Positions 30,566 through 40,521 of a DNA stretch of 64,000 nt are shown here, piece after piece. Both the position numbers and the translations under genes were made by a program. The notes beneath the pieces are model-generated. The model made no database searches. It saw only the letters and a list, made by a program, of their open reading frames with translations, and was not told the DNA's origin. The stretch's first letter is position 1. Every line of letters begins with the position of its first letter. This DNA comes from Candidatus Gottesmanbacteria bacterium (GTDB lineage Bacteria; Patescibacteriota; Microgenomatia; 2-02-FULL-39-11): contig JACPZE010000003.1 in NCBI GenBank assembly GCA_016195685.1, positions 899 through 64,898 of the forward strand, read 5' to 3'.

Positions 30566-30623
30566 TTGACAAATAACCTATAGTATGTTATAGTCTGTGA
30601 TATAAAGGATCCTTCGGGATCCT
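30566..30623 (+). promoter_or_regulatory. Sigma70 promoter plus 5' UUCG hairpin for the VanW gene
   Basis: TTGACA-17-TATAGT, then AGGATCC-TTCG-GGATCCT. Confidence 0.6.
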
Positions 30624-30632
30624 ATTTTAATT

Positions 30633-31280
30633 ATGATAATCATATTCCTTATCTTATATTTACTTTTTGGAGGTCACAGTTATCACGTAGCTTTTTTTGA
30701 TAACAAACCTTTAGCTATACACGAATTTTCCCTAAATAATAGATATAAAAATTCGTATGTAAATAACGTTTTTAAAGATAACGTTTTACTGGCTATAAAA
30801 TATACAACTGGTGTAAAAATTAACCCAAAATCCATAGATTGGAATGATGTCGAGGCGCCATTTATATATAAAATGACGCTTAAACCGGGTGAAGTTTTTG
30901 CTTTTCACGATGATGTACTCCCCCAATATAGCGGAAAAGTCATAAAAACAACAAACGCACACTTTAACTTTCAGGAAGGATTTAAGTCCGATGGATATCT
31001 TGTAGGAGACGGAGTTTGTCATTTAGCATCACTTTTATATTGGGTAGCCACAGATGCGGGACTTTCTGTATACGCTCCCACAAGCCATAATTTTGCACAG
31101 GTTCCGGAAGTTCCAAAAGAATTTGGAGTTTCTATATACAATTATCCTGGAAGAAGCTCTTCAAATCGACTTCAAAATTTGTATATTACCAACAATAAGA
31201 ATAGGAATATTGCATTCGAATTTAGATTTTCGGGAGAATATTTAAAAATTAGTGCACTTGAGTCTTTATCGACTAGCTAA
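30633..31280 (+). CDS. VanW family protein
   Basis: LKPGEVFAF, GDGVCHLASLLY, H.F and NL.ITN motifs. Confidence 0.8.
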   Translation: MIIIFLILYLLFGGHSYHVAFFDNKPLAIHEFSLNNRYKNSYVNNVFKDNVLLAIKYTTGVKINPKSIDWNDVEAPFIYKMTLKPGEVFAFHDDVLPQYSGKVIKTTNAHFNFQEGFKSDGYLVGDGVCHLASLLYWVATDAGLSVYAPTSHNFAQVPEVPKEFGVSIYNYPGRSSSNRLQNLYITNNKNRNIAFEFRFSGEYLKISALESLSTS

Positions 31281-31904
31281 TATATAAAAATTCTTGCCTT
31301 CCACATCAAACCAGAAAGACGGACCTTTTGTACCATCACCTTTGACAGTATATACATGAAGTAAGTTATTGGAATCCCAACCTGTAATATCAGACAATTT
31401 ATATTCGTATTTTTTATTTTCAAATAAAGGTACTACATCTATATATTGTTTCCCATCTGCAAATGATTCTCCTGTTGACTTAAAGACAAAAAAAGATACT
31501 TTGTCTTTGTCAGTTTCTTTCAAAAACAAATATTTATTATCCGGAGACCAGCTATTATCAGGAATTTGGATTGATTGATTTTCGCCCAGAGTCCTTGAGA
31601 GAATAATTTTCTTATTTGTTCCTGATATTTCTGAAACAGTAATCGTATAGTTTGCCAAAGCTTGGGGTCTGGTTGTTTTGTCCATAACAATTTTCATCTT
31701 TCCATCTGGAGAATGAACTTCTGATGTTTTAGAAGCTTCTTTTATAGGAACCAGAGTTGGGACAGGAAGAATAGTATTTGCAAAAGAAAATCTGTTAAAT
31801 AACATTGAAGAAGTGTTGGATAATTGTATTGTAAAAACAACTGCAAATATTGCAATTATAAATGTAGAGATAAAAACTTTGGGTGTTATTAAAAATTTAG
31901 CCAT
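31266..31904 (-). CDS. Membrane-anchored hypothetical protein (beta-propeller fragment-like)
   Basis: TM helix; SPDGK and WSPDNKY motifs. Confidence 0.65.
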   Translation of the reverse strand: MAKFLITPKVFISTFIIAIFAVVFTIQLSNTSSMLFNRFSFANTILPVPTLVPIKEASKTSEVHSPDGKMKIVMDKTTRPQALANYTITVSEISGTNKKIILSRTLGENQSIQIPDNSWSPDNKYLFLKETDKDKVSFFVFKSTGESFADGKQYIDVVPLFENKKYEYKLSDITGWDSNNLLHVYTVKGDGTKGPSFWFDVEGKNFYILASR

Positions 31905-31944
31905 CTACTCTAGAATAAAAAGACTATAGGAAGAAGTCAATGAT

Positions 31945-32499
31945 CTAATTCGGCTTCGGGGGAAATGTGCCGTCAGGAGCGTACCAATCTTTTACCTGTA
32001 CTTCTGTGTTGGTTTCTCCTGCTTTCACTGTAACCAGTATAAAAGAATGGTCATTGCAGGAAACAGATAGTCCACAAGGCACAGCCTTCGTATAACCACC
32101 AGCGAGTTTAGAATTACCTTTTGGATATGCGACAAAATAATAAGTCCCTGGGTCAACCTCTAGTTGAAAAGTGGATACGTTTTGAGCGGTTTCTACAAAG
32201 TTATATTTTGTTTTATCATTGGCATTAATAGCATAAACTAAAAGTGGTGGGATTCCTTCCGCCGGGTATCCAAGAGTTCCTTCAACTTTTGCCTTCTGTT
32301 GTATGGCTTTGGGCGGTAACTTCATAAGCGTGGGTATCGATGTTGGGGATTCCACTGTAACTGTAGGAATCGTAGATATCTGCGTCACGGCCTGTTGGAG
32401 CTGGGTGTTTTGTTCTTTAAGTTGTGTATATTTCGTCCAACCATAAAAAAGACCAATACCTACCAGAAAGCATAAAATTCCCACAACCACAGTTTTCAT
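31945..32499 (-). CDS. Membrane-anchored hypothetical protein
   Basis: TM helix, P/T linker, beta-sandwich-like C-terminus (PGTYYFVAY). Confidence 0.65.
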   Translation of the reverse strand: MKTVVVGILCFLVGIGLFYGWTKYTQLKEQNTQLQQAVTQISTIPTVTVESPTSIPTLMKLPPKAIQQKAKVEGTLGYPAEGIPPLLVYAINANDKTKYNFVETAQNVSTFQLEVDPGTYYFVAYPKGNSKLAGGYTKAVPCGLSVSCNDHSFILVTVKAGETNTEVQVKDWYAPDGTFPPKPN

Positions 32500-32561
32500 G
32501 AGTAGTAGTATAACACCTCTCAGAGATAAATTAAACTAAAAAAGACTACTTAGAAGGTATT

Positions 32562-33083
32562 TTAAAAAGGATAACCTTTGAGACCCTGTACTCCTTTTGC
32601 CGCTGATACCTCACCCGTGAGATTGGCAATATGTAGTACAATAAAGTTAGAAATCACAAATGCCATGGTTTGTTTACCCATACCCATAAAAGATAGGTCC
32701 ATCTCTTTATCTAAATCTGCATCTTTGAGTGACGCCAGATACTCATCCGTAGCCTTGTAGACTTTTTGAGCATATTTTTTAAGCCTTGGCAAATCCACTT
32801 TGACTGACTTATACCAGGCTTCATGTTTATCCCAATTTTTCAAATCTGGCATAGGCTTTGACAATCCAGTTTCTTGACTTTTATATAACGGGTCTTTCAT
32901 AGCTAACATCGTTGAGACTGCCATATCTTCACCCCAAACAGAATGTGCGTAAGCTGCTCCCACCGGGATAGCTTTTCCCGTATTTCGAAAGTGAGCGGTA
33001 TGGAGGGAAACATCAGCCATCGTTGCTTCCTGGGTCTCATGAGCTGATTTAAACTGTAGCCGAAGAAGTCCAACTGCATTCAT
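32562..33083 (-). CDS. DinB family protein
   Basis: Helical bundle with YAHSVWGED, YLASLKDADLD and H...GE...KG pattern. Confidence 0.7.
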   Translation of the reverse strand: MNAVGLLRLQFKSAHETQEATMADVSLHTAHFRNTGKAIPVGAAYAHSVWGEDMAVSTMLAMKDPLYKSQETGLSKPMPDLKNWDKHEAWYKSVKVDLPRLKKYAQKVYKATDEYLASLKDADLDKEMDLSFMGMGKQTMAFVISNFIVLHIANLTGEVSAAKGVQGLKGYPF

Positions 33084-33183
33084 ATATTTTTTCCTTTCAA
33101 TAATAAATTTATAATATGTGTTAAAGAGTACTATAATTTTCTCAAAGAAGCAATATTTAAATCAAGCAGTGTATAATTTGGTT

Positions 33184-34203
33184 ATGAAAAAAATTATTAT
33201 AATTTGTGTAATTTTAATCTTTATCGTTACGGCAGCAATTTTTTTATTTTTTACCAAGTCAAATTCCAATAAATTACTTAGCCCCATAAATAAAATCACG
33301 GAAAAACCGCTGGAGAAATACGGATTTGAGAAACTAAAAAACAGAATTCCTGCCGGAGGGAATATTGAAATTGGTGAACAACAGAAAAAAGAAAACAGCT
33401 TTTCTTCACATATTTTCTATTTCACTACAGAAGGCAAGAAGGTAAGCGGGATGATGAATATCCCTACAAAACCGGGTAAATATCCGGTATTAATTCTACT
33501 GAGGGGATTTATTGACCAGCAAATTTACACTACAGGTGATGGCACGAGAAGAGATGGAGAGATATTTGCCCAAAACGGATTTATTACCCTCGCTCCTGAT
33601 TTTTTGGGATATGGAGAGTCCGCTTCCCCATCGGCTAATCCCGTAGAGGAGCGTTTTCAAACTTATACAACTACATTGGATTTATTATCTTCCATAAATA
33701 ATATCAACCAATCACTATCAACTCTAAATGGCAATATAATTGCAGACACACAAAAAGTAGGCATCTGGGGACACTCAAACGGCGGACAGATTGCATTGTC
33801 AGTTTTGACAATCACAGGTAAAAATTATCCAACTGTCCTTTGGGCACCTGTATCCAAACCGTTTCCCTACTCTGTACTGTACTATACTGATGAATTTGAT
33901 GATCACGGCAAAAAACTGCGCAAAGTGATAGCCGATTTTGAAATTGATTACGACAGCGAGCTTTATACTTTTACCAATTATTTAGATTGGATAAATGCAC
34001 CTATCCAGTTAAATCAAGGAACAACTGATGAAGAAGTACCGCAGAGATGGTCGGATAGATTGGTAAAAGAATTAAAAGATAAGCAAAAAGAAATCACTTA
34101 TTTCACATACCCTGGTGAAGATCACAATTTTACAAAAGGAGATTGGTCAAATATCATCGCCAGAAACATCGCTTTCTATCAAAAAGTTTTTGCAACCCAC
34201 TGA
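33184..34203 (+). CDS. Alpha/beta hydrolase (S9-like), membrane anchored
   Basis: APDFLGYGES, GHSNGG nucleophile elbow, D and EDH catalytic residues; likely start at 33184. Confidence 0.9.
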   Translation: MKKIIIICVILIFIVTAAIFLFFTKSNSNKLLSPINKITEKPLEKYGFEKLKNRIPAGGNIEIGEQQKKENSFSSHIFYFTTEGKKVSGMMNIPTKPGKYPVLILLRGFIDQQIYTTGDGTRRDGEIFAQNGFITLAPDFLGYGESASPSANPVEERFQTYTTTLDLLSSINNINQSLSTLNGNIIADTQKVGIWGHSNGGQIALSVLTITGKNYPTVLWAPVSKPFPYSVLYYTDEFDDHGKKLRKVIADFEIDYDSELYTFTNYLDWINAPIQLNQGTTDEEVPQRWSDRLVKELKDKQKEITYFTYPGEDHNFTKGDWSNIIARNIAFYQKVFATH

Positions 34204-34787
34204 TCTATCTCTTCCCAATTTTTTACCCTCTTCACATTTTCCGGCAAAGTCCCTTGATTCCATGGCCGGTCGATTAAATATACGGGGATATCCAAAGATT
34301 TTGAAATATCTAGACTATCTTCTATGAAAATATCCAGTTTTTTCTTGTCTGCAATATCTCTTTTATAATTGTTAATCCGGGATATGTGCTTGAAATTATG
34401 CTCTTTTTCATTATACAAGTCCAGAGTGACTCCCTTTACCCAAAACCCATGTTTTTTCAACCATTTTAACGTTTCATTTTTTGTATCTATTGGTCTTGAA
34501 GTGATGTAATGGATCCAATAACCTTGTTTTATCCATTTTTTGATTATCGACAAGGCATTTACTACCGGAGGAATTCGTAATTGAAATTCCTCTGAATGAA
34601 CTATAGATTCGATAAATTCAGAAACTTTCGCCTCTTCTATTCCTACATTTTTCTCCAAATAATAAAAATGGAAAATCTCCTCGTACTGAACTGTGGTACC
34701 AAATTCCTTATTGAATGCATCTATGTACAGAGGATATGAGTCTGCAATCACATTATCTATATCTATACCGATTTTGAGATGTTTCAT
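34179..34787 (-). CDS. 5'(3')-nucleotidase, NT5C-type HAD
   Basis: IGIDIDNVIAD, ITSR, FIED, PWN motifs. Confidence 0.88.
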   Translation of the reverse strand: MKHLKIGIDIDNVIADSYPLYIDAFNKEFGTTVQYEEIFHFYYLEKNVGIEEAKVSEFIESIVHSEEFQLRIPPVVNALSIIKKWIKQGYWIHYITSRPIDTKNETLKWLKKHGFWVKGVTLDLYNEKEHNFKHISRINNYKRDIADKKKLDIFIEDSLDISKSLDIPVYLIDRPWNQGTLPENVKRVKNWEEIDQWVAKTF

Positions 34788-34793
34788 TGGATA

Positions 34794-34991
34794 TTATCCC
34801 TCAAATATTGTTCTAGTATCTGAAGCCCCAAGAGGTCTAGGAGGAGTAATGTCAAATTGTGACCTACCTCGACCAGGAGTGAATTGTCTCGCAGGACGTT
34901 CATCGTGAATATTTAACTTGATTGGACCTTGTGCTTTAATCAATTGTTCGGAAGTAACTTCAACATTTAATTCTTTAACAGTAGGAGCCAT
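34794..34991 (-). CDS. Small hypothetical protein
   Basis: 65-aa ORF filling the gap; TATAAT shortly upstream. Confidence 0.45.
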   Translation of the reverse strand: MAPTVKELNVEVTSEQLIKAQGPIKLNIHDERPARQFTPGRGRSQFDITPPRPLGASDTRTIFEG

Positions 34992-35014
34992 ATATACGCT
35001 AATTATACTATTAA

Positions 35015-36550
35015 CTAATTCTTTTTAACAACTGTACCCAAAGCTGTATCTTTAATAGAAACTTTATCTATTTCTTCTATTTCTTTTTTAATCTCATCTG
35101 CTTTCTTGAAATCTTTATTTGACCTAGCAAGTTCTCTCATATCAACTCTTGAAATTGTAGCACCACTAAGATCAGGAATAGAAGTAATAAGATTCCCTTT
35201 TGATTTTGGCAAAGCAATTTTTATCTCTTGTGTAATATTAGTTACACTTAAGTTAAGACCCAGAACTTCATCAAAACGCATAAGCAAGTCGTATTTATCT
35301 CCCGGTGGAATATTACTTTTTAGAACTTCCCAAACTACAGCCAACCCTTGTGCAGTATTTAAATCATCACTGATTACCTCTGTGAATTTCCTACGGAATA
35401 TATCTAACTTCTCTAATTTTTCTTCCGACAAACTATTTCTTTCAGTCGATTGGCTTTTGATATTTATTAATTGACTTACCAAACTATCATAAGCCGTCTG
35501 GACCGCTTCCAAAGATTTCCAAGTGAAATTCATTTGAGACCTGTAACTGGCCGTAAGGAATAGATAACGAAGAGCAAGCGGAGAAAATCCTTTCTTTTCA
35601 ATATCCGATAAACGATAAAAATTCCCCAAAGACTTACTCATTTTCTCTCCATCCACTAAGAGATGATCTGCGTGGAGCCAATATTTGACAAATGACTTGC
35701 CGGTTGCCGCCTCGCTTTGGGCAATTTCGTTGGTATGATGGATGGGGATATGGTCTACTCCACCTGTATGGATATCAAAAGTTTCTCCCAAGTATTTTAT
35801 AGCCATAGTACTACATTCTATATGCCATCCAGGGAAACCAATCGTTGACCAAAATTCTTCAGAAACATTAAGTCTATTAGTTGCGGTAACGAGTTGTCCT
35901 TTTAATGGTCCTTCGAAATACCACTCCATTTGTCTAGGAGTACCCGGAGGTGAAAATTTCCAAAGAGCAAAGTCTGTAACGTTTTTTTTACCACTCACCA
36001 ATTCAACTCTGGCTCCTGCCTTTAAAGTTTTCTGCAGTTTCTCAAAACTTTGTCCAGTAAGTTTTCCATAGTCGGGAAATTTGGAAGTATCAAAATAAAT
36101 TCCGTCTTTTATTTTGTAAGTAAATCCTTTTTTCTCAAGAATTTTTATCATCTCTATCATTTCTTTGACATGATCAGTTGCCTTACAAATAATTTCTGGT
36201 CTTTTAATATTTAATTTTGATAGCATTTCAAAAAAATCTTCTGTATAAAAAGCCGCTATATCCCATACAGATTTACCTTCTCTTTTTGCACCTTTTTCCA
36301 TCTTATCTTCACCCACATCACTGTCAGATGTAAGATGGCCTACGTCCGTAATATTCATGACTCTTTTCACTTTGTAGCCGTTAAATTCCAATACTTTTTG
36401 CAAAACATCTGTAAAGATATATGTACGTGCATGGCCTATATGGGCAAAATCATAAACTGTGGGACCACAGGAATAGTAACCTACTTGTATCGTATTAAGC
36501 GGTTTAAAATCTTCTATTTTTCTTGTAAGAGTATTGAATAAACGCAACAT
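35015..36550 (-). CDS. cysS: Cysteinyl-tRNA synthetase
   Basis: CGPTVY, HIGH, GWHIECS, KMSKS motifs; likely start MLRLFNT at 36550. Confidence 0.98.
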   Translation of the reverse strand: MLRLFNTLTRKIEDFKPLNTIQVGYYSCGPTVYDFAHIGHARTYIFTDVLQKVLEFNGYKVKRVMNITDVGHLTSDSDVGEDKMEKGAKREGKSVWDIAAFYTEDFFEMLSKLNIKRPEIICKATDHVKEMIEMIKILEKKGFTYKIKDGIYFDTSKFPDYGKLTGQSFEKLQKTLKAGARVELVSGKKNVTDFALWKFSPPGTPRQMEWYFEGPLKGQLVTATNRLNVSEEFWSTIGFPGWHIECSTMAIKYLGETFDIHTGGVDHIPIHHTNEIAQSEAATGKSFVKYWLHADHLLVDGEKMSKSLGNFYRLSDIEKKGFSPLALRYLFLTASYRSQMNFTWKSLEAVQTAYDSLVSQLINIKSQSTERNSLSEEKLEKLDIFRRKFTEVISDDLNTAQGLAVVWEVLKSNIPPGDKYDLLMRFDEVLGLNLSVTNITQEIKIALPKSKGNLITSIPDLSGATISRVDMRELARSNKDFKKADEIKKEIEEIDKVSIKDTALGTVVKKN

Positions 36551-36551
36551 G

Positions 36552-37034
36552 TTATCCAACCTTCGAATCCTTTTGCAATCCTTCAAATCCTTTGTTGGCT
36601 GATTTTTTCCTGCCCCCTAACATTCCTCTGGCCTGTTTACTGGAAGGCATTGGCAGAGGTTGGGGATTTTTTTTCTGCGCTTCTAGTTGTTGAGCTTTTC
36701 TCCTTTCTTCTTCTTGCGCTAATACTTCAAAAGGACGAAGTTCGGGAGGTTTTTGTTCCGGCTGCATATGGCGTGGAGTAGTATTTTTGAGGACTTTTCT
36801 CGCTTCTTCCAATTCTTTTTGCTCAGAAGTTTGATATTCCTGTTTCCTTTTTTCCATTTCTTCGGGAGAGAGATTGGGACCAAGGTTTTTCAGATAATCG
36901 CCAAATTCGTTTTTAGGCTGTTGCCCTAAAGCTTGTCTAGCAAGAGCATCCGGACTGACAGTCTGTGCTATTTGTTTGGCAGAATCTTTGACAAACTCCA
37001 ACCCCCCGGTAATGATTTTTTTAACTTTAATCAT
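36552..37034 (-). CDS. Hypothetical protein (charged/coiled-coil)
   Basis: 160-aa ORF ending 1 nt before cysS. Confidence 0.6.
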   Translation of the reverse strand: MIKVKKIITGGLEFVKDSAKQIAQTVSPDALARQALGQQPKNEFGDYLKNLGPNLSPEEMEKRKQEYQTSEQKELEEARKVLKNTTPRHMQPEQKPPELRPFEVLAQEEERRKAQQLEAQKKNPQPLPMPSSKQARGMLGGRKKSANKGFEGLQKDSKVG

Positions 37035-37040
37035 ATAAGT

Positions 37041-37200
37041 AAGACGAGTATTATAAATTTTTCAAAGCGCACATACGGAACGTTTGAACCAAGTAGATAA
37101 ATCAAGATCAAGTAGTAAGTTGCTGAAACAAGTTCAGAATGACAACGCAATAACGAAATACTGACATCTTGTAAGCTAGAAAAATTTATATGCGAGTCTT
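37041..37200. repeat. Structured intergenic repeat element, copy A
   Basis: AAGACGAG...CGAGTCTT ends, AT-rich inverted arms, internal CATACGG and GCTGAAACAAGTTCAG; similar to 38181-38335. Confidence 0.7.
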
Positions 37201-37205
37201 AACTT

Positions 37206-37508
37206 TTAAAAGAACCCTAATTTTACTCTTGCTTCTTTGCTCATTTTTGAAGGATCCCACGGCGGATCAAATGTAAGTTCCACGCTTACATCTTTTACTC
37301 CTTTTAACTTCTGCAATTCACTTCTAACCGGACCTTCTATGAGATCAAAAAGTGGGCAACCCATCGTGGTCAAAGTCATCGTCACTTCTACGTCCCCGTC
37401 TTTATCCGCTTTCACTCCATAGACAAGACCAAGATCAACTATCGAGATCCCCAATTCCGGATCAGGAACATTCTTGAGTTGATTAAGTAACAGTTTTTTG
37501 GATAACAT
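37206..37508 (-). CDS. DUF59/SufT-like metal-sulfur cluster assembly factor
   Basis: DPELGISIVDLGLVY, MTLTTMGCP and FDPPW motifs. Confidence 0.92.
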   Translation of the reverse strand: MLSKKLLLNQLKNVPDPELGISIVDLGLVYGVKADKDGDVEVTMTLTTMGCPLFDLIEGPVRSELQKLKGVKDVSVELTFDPPWDPSKMSKEARVKLGFF

Positions 37509-37528
37509 ATTTGTTCTATTGTAACATT

Positions 37529-38164
37529 CTAGAACTCTCTTCTTCCCTCAACAGCATTTGACAAGGTTACTTCATCTGCGTATTCTATATCCCCGCCTAC
37601 CGGCAATCCATGGGCCAATCTGGTAACAGAAATATTTTCCAGATTTGGTCCGCCAACTGGCGGATGAGATTTGAGATTGGAAATTTCACGTTTTATGTAC
37701 ATCGCAGTTGCCTCCCCTTCCATATTGGGATTGGTGGCTAAAATCACTTCTTTTATTTTACCAGATCTTAATCGATCTATAAGTTCTACAATATGGATTT
37801 CATCCGGGCCAATGTTATTAAGAGGATTTATAGCGCCATGAAGCACATGATACAATCCTTTGTATTTACCGGTTTTTTCCAAAGACACTATATCTATCGG
37901 TTGTTCGACAACACACACCAAAGATGCATCTCTATCGGTATCTAGACAAACCACACAAGGATCAGTTTCTCCTATATTTAAACACTGCGAGCAAAAGACC
38001 GTATTGGTTTTTAGGCTTTTTACTGCATCACCAAATTGGTCAAGCTGTATTTGCGGAACATGAAGAAGGTAAAAAGTGAGTCGATTCGCAGTCTTGGGAC
38101 CGATACCCGGCAGTTTTTGAAATGACTCAATAACTTTTTCAACTGATTTTGGCAATATTTTCAT
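37529..38164 (-). CDS. recR: Recombination mediator RecR
   Basis: LPGIGPKTA, C4 zinc finger, YHVLHG, TOPRIM EGEATA, GLPVGGDIEYAD. Confidence 0.97.
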   Translation of the reverse strand: MKILPKSVEKVIESFQKLPGIGPKTANRLTFYLLHVPQIQLDQFGDAVKSLKTNTVFCSQCLNIGETDPCVVCLDTDRDASLVCVVEQPIDIVSLEKTGKYKGLYHVLHGAINPLNNIGPDEIHIVELIDRLRSGKIKEVILATNPNMEGEATAMYIKREISNLKSHPPVGGPNLENISVTRLAHGLPVGGDIEYADEVTLSNAVEGRREF

Positions 38165-38180
38165 ATTTTTTCAAGTTTAA

Positions 38181-38335
38181 AAGACGAGCAATGTAAAATT
38201 TTAGAAGATCGCATACGGGACTCTTGAATTATGCTGTAAACAATATTCAGTATATAGTTATTGAATAAATATTATTGCAAGTACTCTATATGATCTGCCT
38301 ATATTACGAGCTAGAAAATTTTATATTCGAGTCTT
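38181..38335. repeat. Structured intergenic repeat element, copy B
   Basis: Same terminal AAGACGAG/CGAGTCTT and internal CGCATACGG motifs as copy A. Confidence 0.7.
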
Positions 38336-38340
38336 TACTC

Positions 38341-39249
38341 TTATTTTATCATTTTTTTCATGGCAGAGGCGATAATGGAGGCAATTGGAAAAACCGTAAG
38401 CTTGGCAAATCTCCGATCCTCATGCACCGGAATAGTATCAGTAACCCAAATCTTATCAATGGGACTATCCTGCAATATTTTATCGGCTCCCCCAACAAAG
38501 TCTGCATGAGTGGCTGCAGCTATCACTTGTTTTGCCCCTTTTTGCTTCAGTAAATATGCAGCGTTGATTAGCGTACCTCCAGATACAATCACATCATCTA
38601 CTATAAAGGCCCGTTTATCTTTCACATCCCCCACTACTTTCATTGAAATTATCTTGTGAGCCTGATTTAAGTCCCTTTTTTTCTCGATATAAGAAAGTGG
38701 CAGGTCAAGCATTTCGGCAAAACTTTGAGCCCTTTTTGCCGCGCCCGCATCCGGGGATACAATCACAACATCATCTTTGTTTTTCTCAATTTCTTCTTTG
38801 AAAAGTGACAATCCGGATAGGTGTATAAGAGGAATTTTGAAAAACCCCGAAATGGCATCGGAGTGCAATTCTACGGTAATAAGTTTATCAAAACCAATTG
38901 ATTCAATTAATTTGGTAACTACGGATGCAGAAAGACATTCTCCCATCCGATGGACTCTATCTTGCCTGGCATATCCATGGTAAGGCAGTACTGCGATCAC
39001 TTTTCTCGCCTCGCCTCTTTTGACTGCATCACCCAGCAAAAGTAACTCCATAAGATTTTCATCTACGGGATTTGATACTGATTGAATTATAAATACGTCT
39101 TGGTCGACAACGTCTTCTTCTATCCGGACACGGCATTCGGAGTCGGCAAATCTGATGATTTCTACCTTGGAAAGAGTTTGGCCAAGTTGCTTTGCGATTT
39201 CTCGAGCAAGAAGTGTATTACTATTGCCGGAAAAAATTTTAAACCCCAT
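38341..39249 (-). CDS. prs: Ribose-phosphate pyrophosphokinase
   Basis: FADSE, YARQDR, VSPDAG, VDDVIVSGGTL motifs. Confidence 0.96.
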   Translation of the reverse strand: MGFKIFSGNSNTLLAREIAKQLGQTLSKVEIIRFADSECRVRIEEDVVDQDVFIIQSVSNPVDENLMELLLLGDAVKRGEARKVIAVLPYHGYARQDRVHRMGECLSASVVTKLIESIGFDKLITVELHSDAISGFFKIPLIHLSGLSLFKEEIEKNKDDVVIVSPDAGAAKRAQSFAEMLDLPLSYIEKKRDLNQAHKIISMKVVGDVKDKRAFIVDDVIVSGGTLINAAYLLKQKGAKQVIAAATHADFVGGADKILQDSPIDKIWVTDTIPVHEDRRFAKLTVFPIASIIASAMKKMIK

Positions 39250-39372
39250 CGAGTTTTATTATGAGGTTTTGCCCATTTTTTTGCAATAGGAAAATTATGA
39301 TACAATCCTCTTGGTTGAGGAGAGCCATAAAAGTTCACTACTTAGACTCTCCCCAACCATTGATTATCCGCT

Positions 39373-39645
39373 TTAACTTTCTAAACTTCCTCTTACTTTT
39401 ATATCGGAAAGAATACCTCTATAAAGAATACTTGAAGCGGTCTCTTCACCATTTAATCTGACTAATTCTCTTCCCAATCTGCGTCTAACTTTTTTGCCAA
39501 ATTTTTCCTTTCTTCCTATTCTTCTATCTTCATTTGGATCTTTATTCAAATAATCTATTATTCGATGTCCTACTCCGTGTCTAACAAACGGTGATCGGTT
39601 AGGATCAAATAATATTCTAATGAAAGTTTTATTTTCTATCGCCAT
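39373..39645 (-). CDS. Small basic hypothetical protein
   Basis: Strong SD AAGGAGGTGA before ATG at 39645 (MAIENK). Confidence 0.6.
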   Translation of the reverse strand: MAIENKTFIRILFDPNRSPFVRHGVGHRIIDYLNKDPNEDRRIGRKEKFGKKVRRRLGRELVRLNGEETASSILYRGILSDIKVRGSLES

Positions 39646-39688
39646 ATTTCTCACCTCCTTTCTGATAAAATTTATTTTCATATAAGTA

Positions 39689-40453
39689 TTATCTTGTTAC
39701 AAAATAATATTCCCGAGCAGGTCCTCTACGATTGGGTGGTTGCAATATATTTTCATACTTTTGACGTAATTCATCTGGTGGCATAAAACCAAGCTGAGTC
39801 GGATAATTTATCCTCGCGTTCTCAACTCTTTCATCCATTTCTTGAGGCGTTACAGATAAATAATGACTGGCTTTCAGAGGATCAGAAGTTATTTCAATTA
39901 AATGTGGTCGTCTTTTGATTGCGGGATGACCGGGAGGTAAATTTTTTGTATTTACTTGTTCTGCGCTAATAACTATATCTCCACCCGGATGATCCGTGTT
40001 ATCCCATTCAGGCGTAATCTCGTTACGGTGAATCGTGACTACATAATCCGGATTGGCGGCTTCAAGTAAAGTGCTAACTTTATCTATTACATTTTCTTTA
40101 CGCCTATATAAAACTCCATCCCCTAAATCCAGGGTAAATTGTGAAGTTTTATAATACCGCATGGCATGATTCGCTTCCCCCTGCCTCACCTCGCGTACTA
40201 TTTCCTCCGGTTCTGTCTCTCCATTTAATTTTCCTTTTTCCCCTTCAGTAAGATATACAAATACAACATCATAACCTTTCTCCTGAAATTTTCGTCTTAA
40301 TTTATCACCAAACGCCGTATCATCATCTTGATGCGGAAAGAAAAACATAACCAATCCCGTAGTTCCCTTAACGGGATCAACAGATGCATCTGGAATTTCT
40401 AATAAATCCAAAGTATGTGTATATTCAATTGAAACACGTTCACTTTCCATCAT
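39689..40453 (-). CDS. PIG-L/LmbE family zinc deacetylase
   Basis: FPHQDDD, YLTEGEKG, R..EA..A, L.DG.L, PDYVVT, DH motifs; likely start MMESER at 40453. Confidence 0.82.
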   Translation of the reverse strand: MMESERVSIEYTHTLDLLEIPDASVDPVKGTTGLVMFFFPHQDDDTAFGDKLRRKFQEKGYDVVFVYLTEGEKGKLNGETEPEEIVREVRQGEANHAMRYYKTSQFTLDLGDGVLYRRKENVIDKVSTLLEAANPDYVVTIHRNEITPEWDNTDHPGGDIVISAEQVNTKNLPPGHPAIKRRPHLIEITSDPLKASHYLSVTPQEMDERVENARINYPTQLGFMPPDELRQKYENILQPPNRRGPAREYYFVTR

Positions 40454-40464
40454 ATTTTTCCCAC

Positions 40465-40490
40465 AAAAAAACCCCGCAAATGCGGGGCTC
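40465..40490 (-). terminator. Intrinsic terminator of the attenuator
   Basis: GCCCCGCA-TT-TGCGGGGT followed by a U-tract, just upstream of the PIG-L start. Confidence 0.85.
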
Positions 40491-40521
40491 ATGCTATATT
40501 TATTAAATGTTATTTAATCCA

